Assembly (NCBI GenBank): GCA_951406725.2
Contig: OX597819.1
Coordinates: 97,030,001 to 97,094,000 of the forward strand
Length of the DNA: 64,000 nucleotides
Direction: 5' to 3'
Source: Octopus vulgaris
Taxonomy: Eukaryota
This document shows, piece by piece, positions 13,168 through 26,450 of this stretch. Within the stretch, counting starts at the first letter, position 1; each line of letters opens with the position of its first letter. A model generated the notes under the pieces. The model did no database searches. It was not told the DNA's origin and was given only the letters and a program-made list of their open reading frames with translations. The position numbers and the translations under genes were made by a program.

Positions 13168-15457
13168 AGTGCAGCTCAATATGATCTAACTCAGAACTAC
13201 ATGATTATGGAATAAATTCTTAACTACATAGCCATAAGTGGAGAGCTTCATAAAACTAAAAGATGGACAATATAGAGCGTGTGGGTTTGTGATGCTTAAG
13301 TAGATCTGTAGATTTTGAGTGAATAGGTAAATATGCAGATAGACTGTTGAACAGAAAGACAGATAATATACTTGAAAAAGTAACACATGAAATTAATTTG
13401 AAGACTAAGGCTACATGAAAGATGGGAGACATAAAATTGAAGAACCAATTGGCAATGTAACTTAAATATCTAATTTCTCTGCCTGACTACAACTGTTGGA
13501 ATCAGATAATGTTACATTACAGTCACAAGGGAACGTGATAAAACCAGAATAATTGCTAGAATTAAAAGGATAATAAAATCTAGTGAAACAGTATAATCAG
13601 TGAGGTTTAACAGAATTATGCATAATTTGTTTCCAAAAAGAATTTCTAGAACTGCAAACTTGAAAAATAATTATGAAAAATTAAAGACCATTTGTTTGTA
13701 ATTCATGAGTTTGCGTTGAAAATAATACTGACACAGAAATTACTGCATTATTACAGAAACTGGCTGCTGCAGTCTCATTAGGAGAGATTAAGGAAAAAAT
13801 AGACCAACATCCTTAAAATCACTTCAAAGTTCAACATTTCTCATTAACTATTTCCTTGTAGCACTGCTCTTGGTGAAAATATTCCAAAAAAACACACACA
13901 CTGCATGCTACAATTATCTCCAGCTTAATTAACTTCTCCAAAAAAATATTTTGAGACTTTAATTAATCTTGCTGCTGTCTTATTATTATTACTATTGCCT
14001 ACCCTCCTCTTCACTGCTGCTGCTGCCGACAAACCCACACAACCCTCCTCCTACTTCCCTTCCTCAGTTCATGTTGAGTAAACAGCTCTATTGTTAACTG
14101 AAAGCACAGGATAGATGGATGGTTGGTATATCAGGCAGCAATATTCACAAGACATCTAAAGTGTTAAGATTTCTTCAATAAGCTGCTATTGGGACAATCA
14201 TCTATGAATGTAGACATTGTTGATGAAAATCTAAACAATTTAAGGTGAATAAATACTTCTGGACCAATATTTACCAGTCTCTTTTAGAATACAGAGTTTA
14301 GTAAACTTGAAACAGTTTCAAAAGAATATTGGTAGGTCTCTGTCTTTCTTTCTCTCCCTCACACGAAAAGAAAAAGAATGAAGAAAAGCTAAAATTAATA
14401 TAAAAAAGAAATGTTTTCCCATGGTTGATGATGTTATTATTTCAGATGAGTTTCTAGACAATGGTAGAAGAGTATAAAGTGGATGGTGTAAAATGATGAG
14501 AAAATGAGTAACAGAGGAAGAATGTGAGAAATAATAATAATAATATTGAAGATAAAGATTGTTGAAGACAGATCAATATATTACTTAGACATTTCTTGTG
14601 AGGAAAACTGATTAAATAACAAATAGAAATTGCTGCTATTTCCCCTGCTTTAGAATATTCTTACAGTGTTTAAAATGCCAGGGAAACAATAGAGAACTTC
14701 AACAACAACTACAACACCAACATCAATGCAAACGACGTTTAAAGAATAAAAAATGTTTAAAAAAAAAACAGATTAATTACATTTTAAAGATAAATATTTT
14801 GTATTCACTAAATGCCATAATTCTGAGTTTAAGTAAAGATCTTTACATGATCTCACACACATACATATATACACACATTTATGCACACACATGTACAAAC
14901 ACACAAATACATATATATACGAACTCATTCACATATATGCATGCATATCTATTCTCTCAAAATTCCATAAGCTGTCATTTGCGAGTGTTCTGCTGAGATT
15001 GTCTCATGAGTGACCAAAAGATGAATTAATGGTGTCATATCCAACATAATGGCTATTCTTAAGACTACAGGGAGTCTGTCACAAAGAAACTGGTTGTAAA
15101 TCACAATTTACTATACAGTACAAGCTGTTCATTTTTTGAAATGTTACATCCTTTTAATGAATTAGATAGTCCTAAAGATTATTGGATATTTTAGATTATT
15201 ATATTGTCATGGCACCATGGAGAGTTTCTATTTCGTATGCGCTCTCACGCATACACCCATTGATATTTATGTCAATGACGACACATTAACATAAAGTTAC
15301 ACACATACATATATGTACTCATACACATGGATACGCATACAATATAGTGTAATTACATGCATATACATATATACAATTTTGAATACTCATGCTTTCAATA
15401 GTATATAACCCATATACAATATTCATACACACACACATACACATTATACATATATGA

Positions 15458-15875
15458 ACAGGAGCGGCTATGTGGTTAAGAAGTTAGCTTTTGAACCACA
15501 TAGTTTCAGGTTCAGCCCCAGGGCATACTACTTTTGCAAGCTTCATCTCCTGGAGCCTGGGGCCAACTAAAGCCTTGTAGGTGGATTTGGTAAAGGGAAA
15601 CTGAAAGAAGCCTGTTTTAAGTGTGTATACGTGTGTGTGTGTGTGTGTGCTAATGTTCCTTGTCTTGACATCACATGATAGCTGTAAACAAACATCATCA
15701 TCATACAAGTGGTGTCCTTTGTTTCCAATTTTCCAAGAAAACCTGTCCAGATTCAGGAAAAATATCATCTTACATGGAAACAGGAGGGTTCGTGACAAGA
15801 AGGGCATCTACCTCTTACAATTTTCAACAATGAATCCCATCTGTCCATGCAAACATGGAAAAGCGGATATTGAAA
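15458..15875 (+). mobile_element. SINE family B (RTE-tail variant)
   Basis: caggagcggctatgtggttaagaagttagc head, (TG)n middle and ccatgcaaacatggaaaagcgga tail. Confidence 0.82.
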
Positions 15876-15881
15876 TAATAG

Positions 15882-15919
<38 letters not shown>

Positions 15920-18739
15920 ATAATATCATCTACAAAAACATAGTGCAAATTGCAAAACAAACAAACAACATAATTATAACAGTAATTATCAATCCAGAGA
16001 GATGTGAGTTTGATCAATCTGTCATCCATTTTAGTCTTCATATCACCAAATAACTATTAAATGTTACAAAAAAAAAAAGCATTATTAGATCTTTTGCACA
16101 TCATATCTGTTTGGTAACCTGAGACAAATCAACACTTAAGTGCTTGAAAATAACACTTTTCCTTGATTATGTCATAGTGAGGTTAAATAAAGAAAACCTT
16201 GAGAGACCTAAAATGCTATGGTTGGCTCTCTATCAATCACTCAACATTAGATTAATTGGTAAAGAACTCCTTTACTCACAGCTGATTGTTCCTGTTCACT
16301 CATTAACCCATCATAGTCTTGTGTTACAATGTTCTCAAGAACAGATAAAACACAAAAGAGATTTATGGTGGACTAAGGCCCAATTTCTTTGTCAACCACC
16401 ACATGTTGCTATGACTATTATAACCTTGATAGACCCATGAAGGAAACTAGCATAGTTGCTCAACCTGCTAGAAACAACAGCCCTAACATTCCAAAAAATG
16501 AAAAGATTATTGGACAGTGAAGTATACTGTTTATACTGTTTATATTAGTTGCACTGATGTCCTATCTTGATTGCTGCTTTCACTATGTTTTGGCTGTTTT
16601 ATGCTCCAGCCTTCTTTAAGTATCTTGTATTGAACTCGGTTGTTATATTGGAGTGTTATGAAATGTAGAGAGTGGAACAAGAACAGTGTACCCCAATGGG
16701 TCAAATAAAGGGTTAGGTTTGAAATTCCAATACAACAACTGAGTTCAACACAAGACACTTGAAAAAGGCTGAAGCATAAACAGCTGAAACATAGTGAAAG
16801 CAACAATCAAGATATGGTCACCAGTCCAACTAATATAAACAGTATACATAATAAAAATTCCTCATCTCAGAAATATAGAGTCGTAGATAAAGGGTATTTA
16901 GGGAGTCTCAAGCTATCTGACATCTCTCCCTGTAAATTTAATTTAGATATTTTGTGGGTATATACTGATGTGTTGAAGTAGTACTTTTATATTTGAGTGA
17001 TGTTGTTAACTACAGAAGCCAATACCAGCAGAATTATGCATTGAGAGGAACAAAGCAACAGTAGCAGCAGAATTTGAATTCACGATGGATTGCCATAATT
17101 TGTAGAATAAGCAAAATATATTGTAACATAATAATCTGTTTATGTTCTGTGTGCAAATTCCATGCAGAGTCAAAGCCATTTTTGTTCCTTCTTTGGTCAA
17201 TAAAATAAGGATCAGAAAAAATACTATGGTTAATAAAATTAATTACAGCTTTGAAGATGGTGCTACTGAATGGCCAAAGCCCAAAGGCAGAAACCAATAA
17301 AAATAATAAAAGAATTTAGTTTAGAAAGATGCTACATATCAAGGATTCCATCTAAATAAACTGATTTTTCTAGGAAAGCGGTGAAGTTGATTGAATCAAT
17401 CCCAGCATACGACTGGTACCTAGTTTATAAATATCAAGGATGAAAAGCAAAGGTGAATATGGTAACATTTGAACTGAGAATGTAAAATGGTAAAAGATAA
17501 AACTGGGAAGCTTTTAATTTGGTATTTTACCATCTGTGAAAACTTACTGCCTGTCTTTATCAAATGAGTTTTTTTTTCCTTTTTTTTTCTCAATACTTTC
17601 TATCAGAAAAATGTCATCTTCTATATTGGGCATGCTATCATTCTGATTTTTACAGCATCATAATTTCAAATGAATCCATATAAGGAATGAAATAAGAGAG
17701 CTGATTCAATATAAAATATCTTCAAAAGCTGCTGAGATTAAGAATAGATATGTCCTTGATTAGATAAAGAATAAGAAATTCCATACATTGAATTAAAAAT
17801 AAATATAAATCAGACAAGAAATGCATCTTTTTGTTTACTTGATTTTTGGCTTAATGCAATCCAATTTTGTTTTGTGAGAGATATTCAGTGAAGAATTATT
17901 GATTGAACAAGTGAAGAAAATATTGAGGTCAAATAAACAGCTCCTATGAGCTTGAATAGCAAACTAGGAGTAACAAAAATAGTTGGTCATGCCATCTAAT
18001 GTAACTCTGAATAGAAGAGAACAATGATAGTGAGATTGTTCACATGGTGTAGTTTATATTATACTGAACTAACAGATTAAATTTGATAAATATTACATGA
18101 TGAGATGATAAAGAAAATATAAGATGATCGATTCAAACACAAGCTAAGATTTTAAAATCCTTTAATACCAATGCATGACATTAAATCTCTAATTCAAAAG
18201 TGTTTAGTTTTAAATTAGGATCTTCCATCATAATTTTAAGTTAATAAAATGAACTTAATTTTTTTAATCTTACAAACACCATCTTAGAATGAGAAAAAAG
18301 TTATTTTACTAAAATCTCTCCAACTGATTATTTTGAAAATTATATGAAAATCATAAATAGCACATATTTCTTAAATATGAGAGAGGATTTTATTTTAATT
18401 TCTAATGCTGTATCAGGAAAAATGATATCACACTTTTTCCTCTAGTTTGCAGACAACTAGTTGGCTTAGGAATACCACATTGCTTCCTACACTAATCCAG
18501 GAAAGACTAACAAAATAGTGAAATAAAAGAACACCAATAAATATTTGTGTCAATCATAATATAAAGACAGGTGTGAAATAGTGAAAGATATTGATCTGCT
18601 TTATAGTGGACAAGTAACATAAAGCAAGTATTACATTGACTATAAACAGTAAAGTTTTATTGGACTGTTTTAACTTATTCTATCTTCTATCTTTACTACT
18701 CTAACTTAGACCATCTTTAAATAGATATTGTAACAAGTA

Positions 18740-19160
18740 TCATCATCATCATCATCATCAACATTTAATGTCCAGCTTTTCATGCTTGCATGGGTCAGAC
18801 AAAATTCATCTGAGGCAGATTTTCTACGAGCAGATGCCCTTCCTGTTGCCAACTTTCACTTATTTCCAAATAAGAGAATATTTCCTCATAGCCAAGCATG
18901 TTCCCACAGAATATTGGAAATGATGGATACTGCTTGTACAACAGTGACATTCATTTATAACTATTACACAATGTCAAGTAGAAATACATGCACATGCATG
19001 CGCACACACACAAGTTTCTTTCAGTTTCTATCTACAAAATCCACTCACAAAGTTTTGATCAGCCTGAGGATATAGCAGAGGACATTTGCCCAAGGTGTCA
19101 TGTAATGGAACTGAACTTGTAGTTAGGAAACAAATGTCTTACCACAGAGCCATGCCTGCA
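18740..19160 (-). mobile_element. SINE family B (RTE-tail variant)
   Basis: (cat)n tail followed by atttaatgtcc...catgcttgcatgggtcagac, with the head ending ttaccacagagccatgcctgc. Confidence 0.82.
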
Positions 19161-19390
19161 CCATATAAAAGATAAATTCTAAGTGATCCAAGTACCTGAC
19201 AATATATCTTTGTGGATTGAAGCTAAATTTTCCTGCTAGCCATTCTATTGTGTCATCAAAAAAGAACAGAGCATCATTTGGTGTTGCTCTGCACACTTGT
19301 AACTTCAATGGTATCCCATTTTCTTTGAATCTTCAACATGCATTCTTGATTAAAGAAAAGATATTTGCCACATGGTGACACTTCAAAATG

Positions 19391-20256
19391 TGAGGGTAAT
19401 CTCAAAAGTAAGGTCTCCAAAAATATTTAGAAATCACAGAAACGTTTATTGTCAATGATGTTTACATCATTTTAATGTTTGAACATTTATCTATTTTTCA
19501 ACATAGTCGACATTCCAGTTGATGCATTTTTGTAGGTGCTGGGGCAGTTTTTGCATGTCCATGTCATACCAGTTCACTACCATGTTGAGGAAGCGTTGAA
19601 CCTCATCTTTCACCTTGTCGGCACTGAAGCATGTTCTGGCCAAATGTTCTTTCAACTTAGGGAACAGGTGGTAGTCACTGGGTGCCAAGTCCATACTATA
19701 AGGTGGGTTGCCATTTATGGTCTTCTGTGAGCATTCATGGAACCCATCCGGTGTACACCTTCTGATATTGCAACTTTTCACTCAAAACCCTGTGAATGGT
19801 GCTTTGGGAAACCTCAGAAACCAAAATGCAGAGATCATCCAGAATGATCCACTGATTTTCACACAGAATTTGCTCAACCTTTGTGATTGCCTCATCAGAA
19901 ATTGATGGTTGCCCTCTTCTTTCTTCATTATGAATTTCAGTATGACCAGTGCAAACTCCCTACACCTCTTGTGGACGTTTTTGACATCCATGCGTGACTT
20001 ACTTTACACTTCCATTAATTGGTGATGAATTTCAATGGGTTTAATGTATTTTGCATTCAAAAACCAAACAACTGCACAAACTTCACACTTGGCGGAGCTC
20101 CATCAGATACAATTGTCAAACCAAGACTGAGTGTGGCAGTGAGGTGCATGCAGGGGCAGTCACATGCAAAACAAACACAACAGTGTTGCCAATAGCTGCA
20201 CACAGTTTCCCTGCATCCCCAGCATTTTCGAGACTCTACTTTTGAGATTACCCTTG
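19391..20256 (-). mobile_element. Internally deleted mariner (DD34D-type) transposon, 866 bp
   Basis: Imperfect ~33-bp TIRs gagggtaatctcaaaagtaaggtctccaaaaat / attttcgagactctacttttgagattacccttg, with TA at the right end. Transposase C-terminus PPYSMDLAPSDYHLFPKLKEHL...KCINWNVDYVEK, plus N-terminal remnants. Confidence 0.92.
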
Positions 20257-20479
20257 TATGTTGGGAAAGCTCTCTGCCTCCTCCTTGTTATTGTCATCAC
20301 TGTAGTCATCACCACCACCACTACAAACATCACCGTTTTCTATCCATTCTTCTATGCTGGTATGGGTTGGACAGAATTTCTTGGGAGAGTATTTTCACTC
20401 AATTCTTATGATACAACGTTGTCATTGTCATGTATCACATGCCTGCAGTACATTGATGAGTCTACAACAAATGTCTTCC

Positions 20480-21170
20480 TGATTAAATGTCAGTTCTCCA
20501 ACAGCCTTGCCACTCTTGTCCAACCAGTTAATGATATTGTCAATTCATTGCATTCTTTGCCTGCCTCTTAATCTACTATCCTCTACTCTTTCTTTCATGA
20601 TAATGCTTTCCAGATCTCTGCTTCTTTGAATGTGGCCATAATAGATGCGCTTTTTTTTTTTAAACAATATTTAGGAGTTATCTTTCACTAACTTATATAA
20701 CACTCATTCATTTGTCTGATGGTCTTTGCAAGAGACTTGTAACATTCTTCTATAAACTCACATTTCAAATGCACTGATTATGTTTTCTTTAAATTTGTTC
20801 AGAGTCCATACTTCACAACCATAAGTGCCAATGAGCCAAATGGTTTGCACTAACATTGTTTTTAACTTAGTTGGGGCACTTTTGCTATTCTAGAAGTTAT
20901 TAGGCTTTTCTATGAAGATTCTTGCCTTGGCTAACTGTGTCCTAATTTCTTTCCTTTGCTACAGTGACTACAGAAAAGTCTTCTACTGTGCAAACTATGG
21001 CCACATGTGGAATATCATGTCTAATTTCAGCATTCCAAAACACCTCATTTGGCTCATCAGGTAGCTTCAGATTCAGCAAAAGTCGAATAAATAATAGGAA
21101 CACAGAAAAGTACAAAAATGAGAACGGTGTTTGTCAGGGCTGTATTCTTTCTCCATACTTATTCAAAATT
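20480..21170. mobile_element. Old RTE/BovB-like LINE remnant in two opposite-orientation pieces
   Basis: Minus 20955-20720 reads KEIRTQLAKAR...TYGCEVWTLNK...ISAFEM*VYRRMLQVS. Plus 21033-21170 reads IPKHLIWLIR...NGVCQGCILSPYLF (RT GVRQGCxLSPxLF motif). Confidence 0.75.
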
Positions 21171-21344
21171 TGCTTTAAAACTCCAGATATAGCAAACAAA
21201 ATGTGAAATAATCTGGGGCACTATCACACTCAAGATAAGCTTTTTTATTTTTTTTTTTAAAGCTGTTTACAAGGAATTAACTTGAAGTAATTTGGTGAAA
21301 GAAACTGAAATTCTTGTAAAGAAAGTGTAATATAAGGTACCTAC

Positions 21345-21436
21345 CTTCGTTCATTATCATCAAGGTGAGAGAATAATACATTTTTTGCAATAGCTTTAGA
21401 AAGGGCTGCCATTGTCTTGTAATCTTTTGGTACTAC
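21345..21436 (-). CDS. PRKAR1: PKA type I regulatory subunit, exon leading into cAMP-binding domain A (92 nt)
   Basis: ttctttctatttcag|GTAGTACCA...GAACGAAG|gtaggt. Translates [30 protein letters not shown](S), near-identical to the vertebrate RI segment [31 protein letters not shown]. Starts in phase 0, ends in phase 2. Confidence 0.98.
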
Positions 21437-21772
21437 CTGAAATAGAAAGAACGGATTGATAGAGAATAGAATAGAATAGAATAGAATAGGAGGAATATTT
21501 ATTAGATTGAACATTTTAAATCCATATAGTATAGTATATAAAGCACAGCTAGATATATGCTTTCATTGATTTTAAGGTGACGTGGGTATATATCCTTACA
21601 CACATAAGCTATAAAGCTTTCGACATATAACAATGGGGCCCTATACCTCAAGATACAGGGTAACAGGGCTCAATACTTTGGGATATGGGGTTACAAGAAC
21701 TTAGAGATTTGGACACATAACAACAGAACAGAGCAACATAGTTTTAGATCTGTAGCAATAGGGATTTCTGGC

Positions 21773-22002
21773 TTAACCCTTTCGATACCAACCCGGCTGA
21801 AACCACATCTAGCTCTGTAGTACAAATGTCTTGTTTTCAAAAGTTCTGAATTAAAATCTTCCACCAAACCTAAATCACAATTTATGTTCCTAACACTAGC
21901 TTAATGATAACTAAGTTATTTTACTAAATTCTTTGCTATATTTAAAATTAATTGAAAGAAACACAGAGCATCTCAACAGAAATATGGTAACAAAAGGCTT
22001 AA
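21773..22002. mobile_element. TTAA-flanked MITE (piggyBac-like ends)
   Basis: ttaa-ccctttcgatacca ... tggtaacaaaaggc-ttaa. A related copy lies inverted at 56273-56787. Confidence 0.75.
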
Positions 22003-22199
22003 GACACATTACTACAGAGATCTGCTGTTGTCTCTGAAGTTATTGAAACCTGTTGCTATGTCTAAAACTATAGTACTTTGTCCTGTTGCTGTATATCTAT
22101 CATTATATGCTACATACACAAGAGATTAATGTTAATAGACACATGGCAACAGCAATTTAAGTACAACTAAAATCACTGAATATGCATATATGTCCACAC

Positions 22200-22665
22200 A
22201 TTGTATCAAGCCAGTGTGTTGTATGCGAACACACTACATTAAGGTAGTGTGGTCTAGGTGGAGTCCACTCTGTGAGGCGGTTGGTATTAGGAAGGGCATC
22301 CAGCCATAAAAACTATGCCAAAGCAAACAGTGAAACCTGGTTCAGTCTTCTGCTTAGCCAGCCCCTATCAAACCGTCCAACTCATGCTCGCATGGAAAAT
22401 GGACATCAAATGATGATGATGATGATGATGATGATGTATGTCAACACATTTATATTAAACTGGTGTGTACTATGTCTACATACTACTTCAAACTAATTTA
22501 TCTTTTATCGACAAACTACATTAAGCTAGTGTGCTGTATGTCTACACATTAAGTTAATGTGTTCTACAGTTACACACTACATTTAGCCATTGTTTTTATG
22601 TATACACACAATATTAATCTAATGTTTCCTATGTCTACACACTATATTAAGCCAGTGTGTTCTCT
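22200..22665. repeat. Degenerate ~33-bp minisatellite interrupted by an RTE 3'-tail fragment (about 22255-22436)
   Basis: Recurring aagccagtgtgttgtatgtctacacactacatt on both sides of the insertion. Confidence 0.75.
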
Positions 22666-23477
22666 GTTTTCATCAACAGCATGTAAAGAAGTGTGCTATC
22701 CTGACTGCTACTCTTTACCAATCAGTTTCTTTTAGAATAAAGAGAAGAAATCAATCTATAGATATTTGTATGGGCTGTCTATTTTGGCTACCACAAACAA
22801 CCTGTTTGTTCTGTCTCTTTTAAACACACACCAATTTTCTTCGTATACACTATAATTTGTTTATTTTGTTTCTACAAACACACAATTACATGGCTGCAGT
22901 CCTTTTATGTATTTATACACACATCATCTCGTAAGAATACTCTCTATCTGTTCAAACATACCTCAAGGTATACTGTTACACAGCTTTTAAATGTAATCAA
23001 TTGATGCACGTTAAATGCTGACTATTAAATCTACAATGAATTTCAAGATAAGTCAGAAAAAAAAAATTATTCTCACAAAATCCTGAAACTCGGTAAATTG
23101 ACAAAAAAAAAAATCACAGTACAATGCAAATTTTATTCAGAATAGTTTTAGGGCTTGCTGTATTTTTTACATTAATATAAACTTTATGCTTGTTTCTCTT
23201 ATCATTATTATTATTTATTTCTTTTTAATTATAGTTGTGAAATGGTAATACTATGTGAACTTTACATTCTCCATTATCTTTGCTACTCTCGATGAGGATG
23301 ATAGCAGCAGTGGTGTGTGTGTGTGTAGTTCATCTGTTATAAAACAGTGCATCAAATATTCATTAGCTAGCTTAATACACATAGAACCTGTTATGTTAAC
23401 ATGTATGTTATCCCATTAATTATTATATTGCCATTAAATATCCATTGAACATTTTAAAAATATTCTCCAACCCCTAG

Positions 23478-23512
<35 letters not shown>

Positions 23513-23517
<5 letters not shown>

Positions 23518-23719
23518 CCATTCAACTCACTAAAATTTCTGAATTACAACTATTTGGCGGTTTGAGTAAAGCTGCTCATTTTAGTGAGTTGAATGGCCTA
23601 TTAAGGCCATTCCTTAATATTGAATGTATATTATATAGTCTTTTGACTATTTTTTCTTTCTCACTAGGTCACTGGTGGCGAAAAAATTTTCTATTGAATT
23701 TTTTGCTACCCTTATATTG

Positions 23720-23720
<1 letters not shown>
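23513..23720. repeat. Short element with a 24-bp perfect inverted repeat and a distal hairpin, embedded in (TA)n
   Basis: ataggccattcaactcactaaaat (23513-23536) / attttagtgagttgaatggcctat (23578-23601); second hairpin at 23674-23710; TA runs on both sides. Confidence 0.85.
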
Positions 23721-23771
<51 letters not shown>

Positions 23772-25975
23772 TATATATTCTCTGAATATTATCTTCTTAG
23801 TCATTTAACCTGCTATTTCTAGTATATCAAATGAGTGAGTCAAGACAATATTCTGAGAATATTGTGTCTCCTTGTCTTCCATGAAAGTATGACTGGCCAT
23901 GGGAAAATATCACCTTACTTGAAAATAGGTGAGGGCTAACAACAGGAAAGACATCCAGCCATAGAAAACCTGCCTCATCAAATTCCATTTGACCCATACA
24001 AGCATGGAGAAGAGAGCATTAAAATGATGATGATGACAACAATATGTTTGTCATATAACTGTGGTTATAATGTTAATGTTGGGTTATAAACAATGCTGAA
24101 TGCTAAGCCATGACAAATTTACCTAGTTGGTCACTAACACTTCACTGATACATGAGAGTCTCTATGGTTGCTAGACTTCCTAGAAATAGCAGTCAAGTCA
24201 TCTTCAAAGCACTCTCTACCATCTTACTGAAAGAAGGCTCTAAAGTACAATACACTCCTTGACATAAAGATGGGATGATCAAAATTGGAATTTTGATCAC
24301 AGATTTATTTAATCAAGGTTGACTAGGGGCTAAGTAACACCAACAATTCAAGCCAATATGGAAACCTGCAGTCTAATCTCCCTCAAATCAAACACTACCA
24401 TCTTCAAAAAAATGACAATGGATAATTTAACTTTTCAGGGTACCAGACAAACCCTCTAATGTTAGACTAGGTCTATGTAAGGACCAGTGCATTCTGTAAA
24501 GCAGTTGGCTAATGAATTAGACGCTGTAGTTTATCAATACTCTGTATAGTCTTGCCAATAACAAAACAACCTCACAAGTGTTAGTAACCTGTCAAAATAC
24601 ACCCAATCCACTCTGTGATGTAGCTGATGTCAGGAAAGGCATCCAGTCATAAAAACCAAACCAAGAATGGAATGTATGAACAAGGTATGGTCTTTGACCC
24701 ATTTCCAAGAGCACTAAATGAATAAAACTGAATCAGGCTTTGGTGCCTGACCAACCTATGTCAGCAGATAACTCCTAACTACAGTATATCTGAAAACTGG
24801 AATGTCTTCAGCCATAGGTCTGCTGGGTCAACACTGATCTAATGGTAAACAAGAAATCAGATCAATACATAACTTGTAACCACATAACACAATCCCCCAC
24901 TCTCTCTCTCACACACACACACACAACTATGTTTACAGAATAGTAAAGCTTTAATTTACAATAGATAAATGAATGAAAGATTGGTTTACAACAATAAATT
25001 AAACATAAGCTAAATTAAACATTAGCAAAACAAACTTGAACATTTTTACAGATTCAGTAGAAATTACTCTGTTGTTATAATAAAGCACACATATTTATAT
25101 ATCGCGGAATAAACAATGACAGAATATTGAAATAAGAATCCTCTTATTTCTGTGATTGGGGGAAGACAAATATGTCTTCAAGATAACAAAGTAGGTTTCT
25201 TCACAACAAAATAATGCTATTCTAAAACGTTTACATCAAGCTAGAAGGAGATATAACACCATGTATCTTATGTTATAAATTTCTTGGTATGTTAGAAATA
25301 GTAGTTATATCTCACTCAAATTACACCCCCACCATTGTAAAAAGGGGAAAATATACTAATGTAGCCCTAGACATCCCTTAAAAGATGGGAGAATCACATG
25401 TGAGAAGTCAGCTCATTTAAAATTGACCAGCAATTAGTTAACAGTAGCCACAGCTGTAGTAACTGATCTGGTCCAAAGACTATTGTAAACATTTAGATAA
25501 AGATGCCAACCCTAACAACTCATGTCACATTGGCTTCTTACTCCTTGCTTTTCTGATAAGACTTTGAAAATATCTTGCCAAGGTATCTAATAACCCTTTG
25601 GTTAATCATCTTCAGCTTCTCGTTATTCTTAGTGCCAACTAATTTTGAACCAGATACACATGTTTACGACTGTCCTCTCATCTCCAAACAATAAACCTGT
25701 CCATTTCCTTAATGGCGTATCAACTTATCAACTTCGAGGAATTCTTGACTCTTGAGATTACTTCTCCATCTGAAGTGGAGCAGGTCTTAATTGCTATTTG
25801 ATAATTAGGATACATCCTCTAGAGGCAGAGATAATTTTAATAAATCAAGAATTTATGTTGTACAGAATATCAAATACATATTTGTCTATGTGGTTTAAAT
25901 TCATGGTGCTGGCCACACTGAGTTATTTTTCCAAGCTCGTTTTTATTTAAATTATACATCTATCAACATCTGATT

Positions 25976-26012
<37 letters not shown>

Positions 26013-26104
26013 CAATAACTCTAAAGAGTGAGAACCTTCAATAAAGGCAAGATTGTTGATGTTGTCAACCCCTAACCTTAAACATTCAGATTATTCTGTC
26101 AAAT

Positions 26105-26450
26105 GTCATCATTATCATAATCACCAACATTCAACATCCATTTTCCATGCTGGCATGGGTTGGGTTACCAGACAGGAACTGGCAAGGCCAGGGGCTGCAC
26201 CAGGTTCCATAGTTTGTTTTGGCTCAGTTTCTACAACTGGAAGCCCTTCCTAATGCCAACCACTCTACAGAGTGTACTGGACACGTTTTACGTGACACCA
26301 GTACCACACCAATGTTTTTTATGTGGCACCTTGATTTTAACAATTCTGAGAGGTGGGCAGGTCTTCTTGAGTACAACAGTGCACCACATATCTTGGTCCT
26401 CAGTGATCCCCTTTGTAAGGCTCAATGTTTTGAGATCAGCCTTCACTACT
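26105..26450 (-). mobile_element. 3' fragment of the same RTE LINE
   Basis: ttttccatgctggcatgggttgg...cccttcctaatgccaaccac...aggctcaatgttttgagatc. Confidence 0.78.

Noticed and set aside
19123-19340. Coding-looking minus-strand stretch with cag|gtactt
   Set aside because: Weak donor, no similarity I can recognise, and it is wedged between a SINE and a mariner.
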